From Alphaproteobacteria bacterium (GTDB taxonomy: Bacteria > Pseudomonadota > Alphaproteobacteria > UBA828), in contig CAXXVO010000005.1 of assembly GCA_963422645.2 (NCBI GenBank), positions 320,001 to 384,000 of the forward strand: a stretch of DNA of 64,000 nt, in the 5' to 3' direction. A model generated the notes under the pieces. It was given only the letters and a program-made list of their open reading frames with translations, had not been told where the DNA came from and ran no database searches. A program made the position numbers and the translations under genes. Of the stretch, positions 28,671 to 39,734 are shown piece by piece (the stretch's first letter is position 1; each line of letters begins with the position of its first letter).

Positions 28671-29570
28671 GCCCCTGCGCCCTCGGCGTCGATATCGGCG
28701 GCACCAAGATCGCGGTCGGCGCGGTCGATGCAAGCGGCGCAGTGCATGCGCGGCGGACCATCGCGACCGACGCCGAGGCCGGCTTCGATGCGGGGCTTGA
28801 GCGGCTCACCCAAGCCATCGACGAGACCCTGGCCGAGGCCCGTGTCGATGCGGCGGCGCTCTCCGGCATCGGCCTCGGCTGCCCCGGCCCCTTCGACGAG
28901 GCGAGCGGGCGGATCGAGAATTTCTACACCCTCCCAGGTTGGGAGGGGAACGACATCGTGAGCCCGCTCGTCGCCCGCTTCGACACGCCGGTGCGGCTCA
29001 TCAACGACGCGGATGCGGCGCTGCTGGGCGAGGCGCTGGCCGGCGCTGCCCGCGGAGCCCGCGTCGCACTGATGCTGACCATCGGCACCGGCCTCGGCGG
29101 CGCGGCGCTGATCGACGGCGCGATCCTTAGCGGTGCCGCGCGCGAGCATCCCGAGATCGGCCATGTGATCGTCGACCCGGCCGGGCCGGAGTGCTACTGC
29201 GGCAACCGAGGCTGCCTCGAAGCCCTCGCAGCGGGGCCCGCGCTCGCGCGCGCCGGCGCGGAACACGGCTATGCCGACGCAGAGGCCGTCTTCACCGCTT
29301 CCGAGGCCGGCGCAGAACCCGCCAGGGCGATCATCGTCCGTAGCACGGACGCGATGGAGACGGCGGTCTGGAGTCTCGTCCATACGCTCCTGCCCGAGGT
29401 GATTCTCATCGGCGGCGGCATCGGCGAGCGCCACTTCGCGCTCTATCGCGAGGCTGCCGAGCGCGCCATCGCCCGCGCCGTGCTCGCACCCGCCGGAGCG
29501 ATCCGCGTGGTCAAGGCGGCGCTCGGCAACGATGCCGGCATGGTGGGTGCCGCGGCGTTGATGCTCGACC

Positions 29571-29578
<8 letters not shown>
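28667..29578 (+). CDS. ROK-family sugar kinase
   Basis: GVDIGGTKI, NDADAA..GE, TIGTGLGG, EIGH, CYCGNRGCLE. Confidence 0.9.
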
Positions 29579-31199
<1,621 letters not shown>

Positions 31200-31232
31200 C
31201 CAGCGCTCGCCTTCGACCGTCCCCCATGATGA

Positions 31233-31685
<453 letters not shown>

Positions 31686-31921
31686 TGATTCGGGCTGGAA
31701 AAACGGCCTCTGCATCGGCTGTCAATCGGCTTTCAATACTGACCCCCGATCGGCGTGCAAAATTGACCCCCCTGAGTGGCACGGCGGAGGTTGTCCCGGT
31801 AGCCAATAGGGGGGACCCGCGCGGCTTCGTGTGGCGCCCTGCGCTACGCGGAGCGAAGCCGCGTGGGGGGTCCCTGTTGGCCCACCGGGGCAACCGGGCC
31901 GCAAGGGAGGCCGGCGGCGGG

Positions 31922-32650
31922 TCAGGAGCGGTTCTTGAAGCGCCAGCTCTCGTTGCCGGTCTCGATGATCTCGCAATGATGGGTGAGGCGATCGAGCAGC
32001 GCTGTGGTCATCTTGGGGTCGCCGAAGACGGATGGCCATTCGCCGAAGGCGAGGTTTGTGGTGATGACGATCGAGGTGCGCTCGTAGAGCCGGCTCATCA
32101 GATGGAAGAGCAGCTGCCCACCGGCCTGGGCGAAGGGCAGGTAGCCGAGCTCGTCGAGGATGACGAAGTCGCGGCGGACGAGCTGGTCTGCAGTGCGGCC
32201 CTGGCGTCCGGCGCGAAGCTCGGCCTCGAGGAGGTTGACCAGGTCGACGACGTTGTAGCACCGGCCGCGCGCGCCCTTGCGGATGCAGGACCGCGCGATG
32301 GCGACGGCGAGATGGGTCTTGCCGGTACCGGTGCCGCCGACCAGCACGATGTTGCGTTTGCCCTCGAGGAAGCCGCCGCCGGCGAGCTCCTGGATCAGGG
32401 GCTCGTTGACCGGCGAGGCGGCGAAGTCGAAGTCGGCCAGCTCCTTGACCGTCGGCAGCTTGGCGGAGGCCATCTGGTACTTGATCGAGCGGGCCCTCTT
32501 GTCGGCGATCTCGACCTGCAGCAGCGTACCGATGATCTGTTGCACCGGATGGCGGCGCTTGAGCCCGTCGGCAAGGATGTCGTCGTAAGCGGCGCGCATA
32601 CCTGCGAGCTTCAGCTGGGTCATCATCTCCAGCACATCATGACGCTCCAT
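31922..32650 (-). CDS. istB: IS21 helper ATPase IstB
   Basis: Translation identical to copy 1. Confidence 0.95.
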   Translation of the reverse strand: MERHDVLEMMTQLKLAGMRAAYDDILADGLKRRHPVQQIIGTLLQVEIADKRARSIKYQMASAKLPTVKELADFDFAASPVNEPLIQELAGGGFLEGKRNIVLVGGTGTGKTHLAVAIARSCIRKGARGRCYNVVDLVNLLEAELRAGRQGRTADQLVRRDFVILDELGYLPFAQAGGQLLFHLMSRLYERTSIVITTNLAFGEWPSVFGDPKMTTALLDRLTHHCEIIETGNESWRFKNRS

Positions 32651-34163
32651 GACCGGCCTCCCTCAGGCTGTCGTAGCGCTGACAGTCGGCTACCGGCTTG
32701 TGGCGAAGCTGCAGGCCCTCGGGCGTCGGGATGATTGCCGGCGGTGCCGGCTGGCGCTGCCGGGCGAGGATGTTGAGCACCACGTCGGCGCTGCAGGCAC
32801 CGCAGTCGAGCGTCTCGGCACAGGCCGCCTCAACCGCCTCCAGTCCGTCCTCCAGCACCGCCGCGAGCACCTTGACGAACTGCCGGTCGCCGTCGTCGTG
32901 GCCCGCGAGCCGGGTTCGCAGGCGGCCGAGCGCGTTGGGCAACTGCCAGTCCTTGAAGGGCGCGCCATTGCGTAGCGCGCCGGGCTTCCGCGTCAGGATC
33001 GGCACGTAATGCCACGGATCGTAGACGAACCGGCCGCGCCCGAAGCTGCGGGGGTGCTCGGCAACGGTCTCGCCGTCCTGGCGGATGACGATCCGATCGG
33101 CATAGGCCCGCACGTCCACCGGCCGGCCGACGGCGCGGGCCGCGACGCTGTACTGGTTGTTGTCGAAGCGCACCAGACAGGTCTTCGAGACCGACACCTC
33201 GCTGGCATGGAAGCCGTCGAAGGGGCCGCGATACGCCATCAGGAAGGGCTGCTCCTCCTCGAACACCTGCCACACCGTCTTGCCCGGGATTGTCGGATGC
33301 GGATGCTTCTTGGCGTCCTCGATGCACCGATCCATCAGCCACTCGTTGATCTCGGCGTAGGAGCGGCCCCGCGGGATGGGCACGAACAGGCGGCCGCGAA
33401 GGTCACCCACCTGCTTCTCGACCTGCCCCTTCTCCCAGCCAGCCCCTGGCGTGCACGCCACAGGCTCCACCAGATGGTGCGAGCACAGCTCCTGGAAGCG
33501 GCGGTTGTAGTCCCGCTTCTTGCCCACGAAGATCGTGCTCACCGCCGTCTTCATGTTGTCGTAGATGCCCCGCCGGCAGACCCCGCCGAAGAAGCGGAAG
33601 GCACGCTCGTGCGCCTCGAAGACCATCTCCTGGCTCTCGCGGGGAAAGATCTGGACCAGATACATCCGGCTGTGGCACAGCCGCATGTGCGCCGCCTTCA
33701 CCCTGGTCGTCGCGCCCGACAGACGCGCGTACTCGTGGCTCCAGTCGAACTGGTAGGCCTCGCCGGGATCGAAGATCAGCGGCACATAGGCCTGCGCCGG
33801 CGACAACAGCCGCCACCGGCGCCGCCAGGCCCTGGCATAGCGGCGAACCGCGTCATAGCCGCCCTTGTAGCCCAGCGACACAAGGTCTTCATGAATCCGC
33901 AGAAGAGACAGCCGATCCTTGCGTGCCTTCTTCTCGTTGGCCTTCAGCTGGCGCTCAAGCTCCTCCACCCACAGCCCAAGCTTCGGCATCGGCTGGATCT
34001 TGCGCTCGTAGCTGTGCGAGGTCGCATCGCCCCGCACCACCTTGCGTATCGTGTTCTTGGAAACCCTCAAATCCCGGGCGAGCTTCTTGATCGGAACGCC
34101 CTTCACCAGATGATCCCGACGGATCTTCGCGATCGTTTCCACAACCAGCATCTCCCCCACCAC
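32637..34163 (-). CDS. istA: IS21 transposase IstA
   Basis: Translation identical to copy 1. Confidence 0.95.
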   Translation of the reverse strand: MVGEMLVVETIAKIRRDHLVKGVPIKKLARDLRVSKNTIRKVVRGDATSHSYERKIQPMPKLGLWVEELERQLKANEKKARKDRLSLLRIHEDLVSLGYKGGYDAVRRYARAWRRRWRLLSPAQAYVPLIFDPGEAYQFDWSHEYARLSGATTRVKAAHMRLCHSRMYLVQIFPRESQEMVFEAHERAFRFFGGVCRRGIYDNMKTAVSTIFVGKKRDYNRRFQELCSHHLVEPVACTPGAGWEKGQVEKQVGDLRGRLFVPIPRGRSYAEINEWLMDRCIEDAKKHPHPTIPGKTVWQVFEEEQPFLMAYRGPFDGFHASEVSVSKTCLVRFDNNQYSVAARAVGRPVDVRAYADRIVIRQDGETVAEHPRSFGRGRFVYDPWHYVPILTRKPGALRNGAPFKDWQLPNALGRLRTRLAGHDDGDRQFVKVLAAVLEDGLEAVEAACAETLDCGACSADVVLNILARQRQPAPPAIIPTPEGLQLRHKPVADCQRYDSLREAGHGAS

Positions 34164-34339
34164 CCCGTCCGTCCAAACGACGAGGTGTGTTCATGGACAC
34201 AAATCCAAGGGGGTCAATTTTGGACGCCGATCACCCCCAATAGGGGGTCACTTTTCCACGCTTAACAACACATGGGCGCGGGCGAGGACGGGGACGATCC
34301 CGACGACCCTGTGGCGCGGCCGGTTGACGAGGTGATCCG

Positions 34340-34555
34340 ATGACGAGAGTGCGCACCCCGCATTATGACATCTACGCGAGCGCGGAGGGCGAGCCGGCGG
34401 AGCGCGTCCGGACCGGCGCCGTGCGACACCACGTGGACCGCTACATCACGCGGGAGGGTGCTCTGGCGAAGGCCCGCACGTTTCTCCGGCAGGGCCGCTC
34501 CGTCTCGATCGTCCCGGTGTCGCCGGACACACCGCATCCGGGAGAGGCGTCCTGA
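34340..34555 (+). CDS. Phage hypothetical protein
   Basis: GAGGTG RBS within a 23-bp repeat directly before the ATG; 71 aa. Confidence 0.55.
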   Translation: MTRVRTPHYDIYASAEGEPAERVRTGAVRHHVDRYITREGALAKARTFLRQGRSVSIVPVSPDTPHPGEAS

Positions 34556-34630
34556 CCGCGCCCCTTCACCTCCTGCGCGGCTTCGTCCAGTGGACAGACC
34601 GGCGCACCGGCCGGTTGACGAGGTGATCCG

Positions 34631-34882
34631 GTGAGCTTTCCGCAGCGCTGCAAGGTATGCGAGAAGCGCGACAAGTTCGACTTCCACGTGGCGGATGAGG
34701 TGTGGGCTCAGGTCGTGCCGGAGCCCTATCGCAACCGCGTCGTGTGCCTGGGCTGTTTCGATGCGTTCGCGAGCCAGAAAGGCGTGCGGTTCGCAGGCGC
34801 CATGCTCAACGGGATGACGTTCGCCGGCGATGCCGCACACCTCGCCTTGCAGATTCGCGGCTTCGTGGAGAGGCCGGGATGA
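34631..34882 (+). CDS. Phage hypothetical protein, CxxC..CxxC zinc-binding
   Basis: Same RBS repeat before the GTG; CKVC...VADEVW..V......VVCLGCFD. Confidence 0.65.
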   Translation: MSFPQRCKVCEKRDKFDFHVADEVWAQVVPEPYRNRVVCLGCFDAFASQKGVRFAGAMLNGMTFAGDAAHLALQIRGFVERPG

Positions 34883-34884
34883 CG

Positions 34885-35052
34885 TCAGGACGTCGTGTTG
34901 CAGGTGCCGTTGTCGGCCTTCCCCCGGCACTCGTTACAGAGTTCGCCCGAGGTCGGCTTGGTGTACCGCGAGTCGTAGCTCGAGGTCGGCCAGTTGGAGC
35001 AGTTCGTGCACCAGTGCTACGTATCGGAATAGGTCCGCTTTCGATATTCCAT
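34885..35052 (-). pseudogene. Small Cys-rich protein gene with an in-frame TAG at codon 12
   Basis: GGAG RBS; MEYRKRTYSDT*HWCTNCSNWPTSSYDSRYTKPTSGELCNECRGKADNGTCNTTS; TAG at 35017-35019. Confidence 0.65.
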
Positions 35053-35170
35053 CGGAATTTTCTCCGTCAAGCGATGGTTGATGGGGAAAGTGCGGCGGAG
35101 CGAGTGCCGCTTGCTCCGCCGCACGCCATCTACCACCCGGCGTGCTGCTCGACAACAGCGGAGCCGGGCC

Positions 35171-35845
35171 TTGCCTGAAGCGGCCCCCGCCAGCGACGAG
35201 CGCAAGCGCCTGATCCGGCGGATCCATGCCGAGGCGCGCTCCCGCGGCATGGACACCGACGCACGCCGCGACCTGCAACGCAGCGCGACCGGCAAGGTCA
35301 GCTGCGCCGACATGACCGTCGACGAGCTCCGCAGCGTCATTCGCGCCATGGGCACGCCTCGCGACCGCCTGCCGCAGGGCCCGGGCGCGGGCAAGCTCCG
35401 GGCGCTGTGGATCAGCGCCTGGCATCTCGGCGTGGTGCGCGACCGCACGGACGCGGGCCTGGCGGCCTGGCTGCGGCGTCAGACCGGGCTGGAGACGGCG
35501 GCCTGGACCGACCCTGCGGGCCTCGCCCGGGCGATCGAGGCGCTCAAGCTCTGGCTCGCCCGCGAGGCGGGCGTGGACTGGTCGCCGTCGGCCCGGATCG
35601 ACCGGCACGGACGGACGCACGAGCACGATAATCCCCGCGCCCGTGTGATGGAGGCGCAGTGGCGCATTCTTGCCCGTCTCGGTGCCGTCGAAAGCGACAG
35701 CGGGGCCGCTCTCTCGGCCTGCGCCGCACAGCACGCGGAGCCCGGCCGGGCCGGTTCCCACCTCGCGCTCGACGACCGGCAGGCCGACGCGCTGATCCGC
35801 CACCTCGGCGCGCGCATCAGGGCGGCGAAGGACGGCGATGCGTAG
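35171..35845 (+). CDS. gemA: Mu GemA/gp16-like (DUF1018) regulatory protein; start uncertain
   Basis: RRIHAEARSRGMD....R..L...TGKVSCADMT..EL; GKLRALWISAWHLGVVRD; IEALKLWLAR. Confidence 0.8.
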   Translation: MPEAAPASDERKRLIRRIHAEARSRGMDTDARRDLQRSATGKVSCADMTVDELRSVIRAMGTPRDRLPQGPGAGKLRALWISAWHLGVVRDRTDAGLAAWLRRQTGLETAAWTDPAGLARAIEALKLWLAREAGVDWSPSARIDRHGRTHEHDNPRARVMEAQWRILARLGAVESDSGAALSACAAQHAEPGRAGSHLALDDRQADALIRHLGARIRAAKDGDA

Positions 35846-36043
35846 AACGCGATCGTCTCTGGCCAGCGTCATTGCCGGCTGCCGCGTCTGTTACGGGTCG
35901 GACGCCGTCTGGCGGCAGCGAATGCGCTGGCGCTGGCGGCGCGCCATCACGATGCGACAGGGCACGAGACCTGGGCCGAGCAGGTGATCCTGGTCAGATA
36001 TGGCGGCGCGGAAGCGGACGATGCCGATCGGCCGGGAAGCTGA
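35838..36043 (+). pseudogene. Small phage CxxC/His protein gene with an apparent 1-bp deletion near 35913
   Basis: MRRTRSSLASVIAGCRVCYGSDAVW then, in the shifted frame, AANALALAARHHDATGHETWAEQVILVRYGGAEADDADRPGS*; overlaps both neighbours. Confidence 0.5.
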
Positions 36044-36476
36044 GCGCCTCTATCCGGGCGGCTCGCTGCGCTCTCCCGAGTGGCTGGCGATCCGGGCCGC
36101 GATCCTGGAGCGGGCGACGATTACCTTCTTCGGCGGGCGCAAGGAGACGCAGTGCGAATGCACGGGCGAGTGCGGCCGCGATCACGGGCGCGAGGCTGCG
36201 GCGTTCGTCCATGTCGGGCCCCGCTGCGGCGCCCTGCACGAGCGTCCCCACCCGATCACCGGATCGCGCGTCGTGCTGACCGTCGCCCACCTCGACCACG
36301 ATCCGGGCCACAACGCCCCTTCCAACCTCCGTGCCATGTGCCAGCGCTGCCACAACCGTTACGACATGCCCCGCAGGCGCGCACACGCCCGGCTGACGCG
36401 GCGCGCGCGCTACGCTACCGGGGACCTGTTCGACGCGCGCCCTGCGCCGCCCCGTGGCGACGGGGGGCGCCTGTGA
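36021..36476 (+). CDS. HNH-like phage protein
   Basis: MPIGREAERLYP; CECTGEC; VVLTVAHLDHDPGHN..SNLRAMCQRCHNRYD. Confidence 0.8.
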   Translation: MPIGREAERLYPGGSLRSPEWLAIRAAILERATITFFGGRKETQCECTGECGRDHGREAAAFVHVGPRCGALHERPHPITGSRVVLTVAHLDHDPGHNAPSNLRAMCQRCHNRYDMPRRRAHARLTRRARYATGDLFDARPAPPRGDGGRL

Positions 36477-36820
36477 GCGCCGCTGCGCCGCCGCTGCCCG
36501 GCGTGCTGGCGGAGATCGCCGGGGTGGCGGGGCGCGAGGCGGCGCTGGCGATCGCGCTCGCCCACGGGGGCGACGACGGCTGGGACGTGCCGCGCTCGCT
36601 CGACGGCGCCGCCGGGCGCGACCTGGCTGCGCTGATCGGCCCCGAGGCGGCGGAGGCCGTCGTGCGGCGGCTGGGCGGCGGCGCGGTATCGGTTCCGATG
36701 GCGCGGCGCGCCGTCGGCGGATGGCTCTCCGGACGCGGCTTCAGCACACCCGAGATCGCGGCCGCGCTCGGTGTCACCCGCCGCGCGGCGCGGCGATACC
36801 GCCGCGCGGCGAGGCGCTAG
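36473..36820 (+). CDS. Mor/C-like late transcription activator
   Basis: LPGVLAEIAGVAGREAALAIALAHGG...VP; C-terminal HTH STPEIAAALGVTRR; located before the lysis genes. Confidence 0.75.
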   Translation: MSAAAPPLPGVLAEIAGVAGREAALAIALAHGGDDGWDVPRSLDGAAGRDLAALIGPEAAEAVVRRLGGGAVSVPMARRAVGGWLSGRGFSTPEIAAALGVTRRAARRYRRAARR

Positions 36821-36867
36821 CAGCGGACCATTGTCCGCTGCCCCGATCTTCCCCGTTCGGGCATGGT
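36820..36867 (+). promoter_or_regulatory. Putative activator-dependent late promoter
   Basis: Dyad GCAGCGGAC-catt-GTCCGCTGC (36820-36841) and -10-like CATGGT (36862-36867); no -35. Confidence 0.55.
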
Positions 36868-36894
36868 GCGCCCGCCGAAGCCGGGAGGGCCGCG

Positions 36895-37200
36895 ATGTAC
36901 GAGGGAATGCTGGTCACCATCATCACCATCGCGGGCACGTTCGTGCTGGGCGTGGGCGTGGCCGTGATCGTGCTGACCTGGCTCTGGGGCTGGCGGCCGC
37001 TGCAGCGCCGCGCCTTCCCCTTCATCGACGAGATCGCCGCGACCACGTCCCTGTTCTCGGACTCCCTGAAGACGAAGAACCCCGGCATGCCGCTCGCCAT
37101 CCGCCAGGGGCTGTGGGCGATCGCGTACGCCATCGTCACCGGCATGACGATCCAGGCGCTGCTGGGCCTCGCCGGACAGCTGGCCACGCCGGCCGGGTGA
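36895..37200 (+). CDS. Two-TM membrane protein, putative holin
   Basis: GGGAGG RBS; two hydrophobic helices; directly upstream of the endolysin. Confidence 0.6.
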   Translation: MYEGMLVTIITIAGTFVLGVGVAVIVLTWLWGWRPLQRRAFPFIDEIAATTSLFSDSLKTKNPGMPLAIRQGLWAIAYAIVTGMTIQALLGLAGQLATPAG

Positions 37201-37210
37201 GGCGCACTCC

Positions 37211-37789
37211 ATGGACCCCGCCGCCCTCCTGCTGGCACTCCAGCTGGCGCTCGCGCCCTGCGAGCCGGCGGGCGTGGACGATATCTATACGCGCTCGGCG
37301 CACCGTGCGGTCACGCTCTACTGGGCGCCCGCTCGGCGCTGGCTGTGGTGCGCGCTGGTGGCGCAGGCGGGCGCGGAGAGCGACTGGCGCGCCGGCGCGG
37401 TCTCGCCTGCGGGTGCGCAGGGCCCGTGGCAGATCATGCCGGGCACCTGGATCGAGCACACCGCGCGCAGGGGCTGGGAGGCCAGCCCCTTCGATCCGTG
37501 GGTTTCCTCGCAGGTCGCCGCCATCCACATGGAGGGGCTGGCGCGCATCTGGTCGGCGCCGCGCTCGGACTGGCGCCGGATGGAGCTGCAGGTCGCCTCC
37601 TACAACGCCGGCCAGGGCCATGTCATCGCGGCCCAGCGCCTCGCCGGCGGCGCGTGCTGCTGGGAGGAGATCGCGCCGCACCTGCCGGCCGTGACCGGAC
37701 GTCACGCCGCCGAGACGCGGGGCTACGTGGCGCGCTGGAAGCGCATCCTGGCCGGGCTCTGGGGCCGCGCGGAGATCCCGCTCCCATGA
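37211..37789 (+). CDS. SLT-domain lytic transglycosylase (endolysin)
   Basis: AES.W...AVSPAGAQGPWQIMPGTW, SYNAGQGHV, ETRGYV. Confidence 0.88.
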   Translation: MDPAALLLALQLALAPCEPAGVDDIYTRSAHRAVTLYWAPARRWLWCALVAQAGAESDWRAGAVSPAGAQGPWQIMPGTWIEHTARRGWEASPFDPWVSSQVAAIHMEGLARIWSAPRSDWRRMELQVASYNAGQGHVIAAQRLAGGACCWEEIAPHLPAVTGRHAAETRGYVARWKRILAGLWGRAEIPLP

Positions 37790-38172
37790 TGGCGCTCTTC
37801 GGCATCGGCAGCGCCCTGAAGCTGGCCGCCGGCATCGGCGGCGCGGTGACGCTGATGTCCATGCTGTCGTGCGCGGTGGACCGCATCGGCTCCCGTGCGG
37901 CGGCCGAGGCGGAGCTCGCGATGACCCGTGCGGCCGCGGCCGAGGAGCGGCGCGTCGCCGGGATTGCCGACCGGGCGAGGATCGAGGCCGAAGACGCGCA
38001 CCGGGAGGTTCTCATTCAATGGGAACGCGACCGGCGGGCCGCCGGCGAGGCGCTGGCGCAGGCCCGGGCCGCGGCCGATATGCCGCGCGCGCCCGGCGAG
38101 TGCCCGGCGCGCTGCCGCCTGCCGGCGGCGCTGATCGAGGCCCTGGAGACGCAGGCGGAGACGGATCGATGA
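37786..38172 (+). CDS. Putative Rz-like inner-membrane spanin
   Basis: N-terminal TM then Ala/Glu/Arg helical region; follows the endolysin. Confidence 0.55.
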   Translation: MMALFGIGSALKLAAGIGGAVTLMSMLSCAVDRIGSRAAAEAELAMTRAAAAEERRVAGIADRARIEAEDAHREVLIQWERDRRAAGEALAQARAAADMPRAPGECPARCRLPAALIEALETQAETDR

Positions 38173-38471
38173 CGCGCACCGCCTGGGCCATGCCGATTGC
38201 CTGTATCGCACTCGCCGGCTGCGGCTGGACCGGCGATCCCGGCCCGCCGCCCGCGCCGGTGTCCGTGACGCGCATCGTTCCCTGCCCGGAGCCTGTGCCG
38301 CCGCCGCTCTGCACAGGCCCGCCGGACGCGGCGGCCGGGACGGTGGAGGCCCTGGTCGAGAGCGCCATCGCCACCCGGGCCTGGGGCGCGGGCTGCCGCA
38401 CGGAAGCGCAGGCCTGGCGCGAGAGCGCCGCCGCCTGCCGCCGGGCTCTCGCGGAGGACGCGGAGCGGTGA
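38169..38471 (+). CDS. Putative Rz1-like outer-membrane lipoprotein spanin
   Basis: Lipobox LAGC, Pro-rich mature part. Confidence 0.6.
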   Translation: MTRTAWAMPIACIALAGCGWTGDPGPPPAPVSVTRIVPCPEPVPPPLCTGPPDAAAGTVEALVESAIATRAWGAGCRTEAQAWRESAAACRRALAEDAER

Positions 38472-38481
38472 GGAGGGGCGC

Positions 38482-38874
38482 ATGACCTGGGAGGCCGTCA
38501 TCGAGGCGGTCGCGCTCGGCGCCGCAGTCCTGGGCTGGATCTATGCCGCCTTCATCGCCCATGGACGGGCGCGGCGCGCCGAGTTCGACGGCCTCGACGA
38601 GCGCGCCGACGGCATGGCCGAGCGCATCGCAGCCCTCGAAGCGGGCGCCGGAGACGGCGTCGCCGCGGCCGGGCGCCTGAGCGCCGCCGAACGCGAGCTC
38701 GCCGCGCTCCGGCTGCACGTGGCCGAGCACTGCGTCGCCCGGGACGACTGGGTGCCGACCATCAGCCGCATGTTCGAGATGCTGGAGGGACACACCGAGA
38801 TGCTCGGACGGCTCGACGAGAGGACCAGGATGCCCGACGGCACGCCGCCGGGAAGGGAGAAGCGGCATGCGTGA
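38482..38874 (+). CDS. Phage membrane-anchored coiled-coil protein (Mu gp25-like position)
   Basis: N-terminal TM plus coiled coil; GAGGAG RBS. Confidence 0.6.
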   Translation: MTWEAVIEAVALGAAVLGWIYAAFIAHGRARRAEFDGLDERADGMAERIAALEAGAGDGVAAAGRLSAAERELAALRLHVAEHCVARDDWVPTISRMFEMLEGHTEMLGRLDERTRMPDGTPPGREKRHA

Positions 38875-39199
38875 CCGACCGCCCACGATCGACGAGGCGA
38901 TGCTGCCCGGCGCGCGCTGGGACATCCTGCGCACGATCCATGTCGGCGGCCACCTCGGAGCCACCGAGCGCATGATCCGCGACGTGCTGGTGGCCGGCTA
39001 CATCGGCGTCACCGAGCGCTGGATCCGCGACCAGATGGCCTATCTCGAAAGCCGGAAGCTGATCGCGGTCGTCCGCTCCGAGATCGATCCCTGGCGCGCC
39101 ACGCTGACACGCCACGGCTACGACGTCGCCGACTACCAGGTGGACTGCGAGCCCGGAATCCGCCGGCCGCCGCACATCTCCAGCCTGAGGACGGGCTGA
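38867..39199 (+). CDS. Mu gp26-like winged-helix protein
   Basis: RWDILRTI...IRDQMAYLE..KLI.....W.ATLTRHGYDV......PGIRRP. Confidence 0.78.
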   Translation: MRDRPPTIDEAMLPGARWDILRTIHVGGHLGATERMIRDVLVAGYIGVTERWIRDQMAYLESRKLIAVVRSEIDPWRATLTRHGYDVADYQVDCEPGIRRPPHISSLRTG

Positions 39200-39200
39200 C

Positions 39201-39734
39201 GTGCCGCGCCGCAGGAAGACGGCGCTGCTGCCCGCCGACCTGCGGCGCGAACTCGACCGCCGCCTGATCGAGGGCGCGTTCTCCGGCTACGAGGCGCTGG
39301 CGGACTGGCTCGCCGAGCGCGGCCACGCCATCGGCAAGTCGGCGCTGCACGAGTACGGCCGCGACCTCGAGCGCCGCATCGAGCGCATCCGCCACGCCAC
39401 CGAGCAGGCCGAGGCCCTGGTCGCCGCCACGCCGGACGAGACCGCCGCTCTCGCCGACGCCAGCCTCAGGATGGCGCAGGAGCAGATCTACACCCTGCTC
39501 TACGCCGCAGAGGGAGGCAATCTGAAGGAGGCCGCAGCGGCGGCCCGCGCGCTCGCCGAGACCGTGCGCGCCTCGCTGGCGATCCGCCAGGACCGGCGCA
39601 AGATCCTCGCCGACGCCGCCTCGGCCGTGGACAAGCGCCTCGCCGAGGCCGAGGAGCAGGCCGCAGACAGCGCCGACCCCAGGGCCGCGATCCGCCGCGT
39701 CCGCCAGGACGTCTACGGGATCTTCGACCCATGA
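39201..39734 (+). CDS. Mu gp27-like (DUF3486) small terminase subunit
   Basis: LP..LRRELDRRL....FSGYEALADWL.ERG..IGKSALHEYG; C-terminal VYGI. Confidence 0.82.
   Translation: MPRRRKTALLPADLRRELDRRLIEGAFSGYEALADWLAERGHAIGKSALHEYGRDLERRIERIRHATEQAEALVAATPDETAALADASLRMAQEQIYTLLYAAEGGNLKEAAAAARALAETVRASLAIRQDRRKILADAASAVDKRLAEAEEQAADSADPRAAIRRVRQDVYGIFDP

Larger units (their letters stand above)
31720..34270 (-). mobile_element. IS21-family element, copy 2
   Basis: Same ends and the same ORF translations as 13352-15902 (offset 18368). Confidence 0.95.

Noticed and set aside
35017-35019. Stop-codon recoding (amber reassignment) in the prophage
   Set aside because: gemA, mor, portal and gpF all end in TAG, so TAG is an ordinary stop here.
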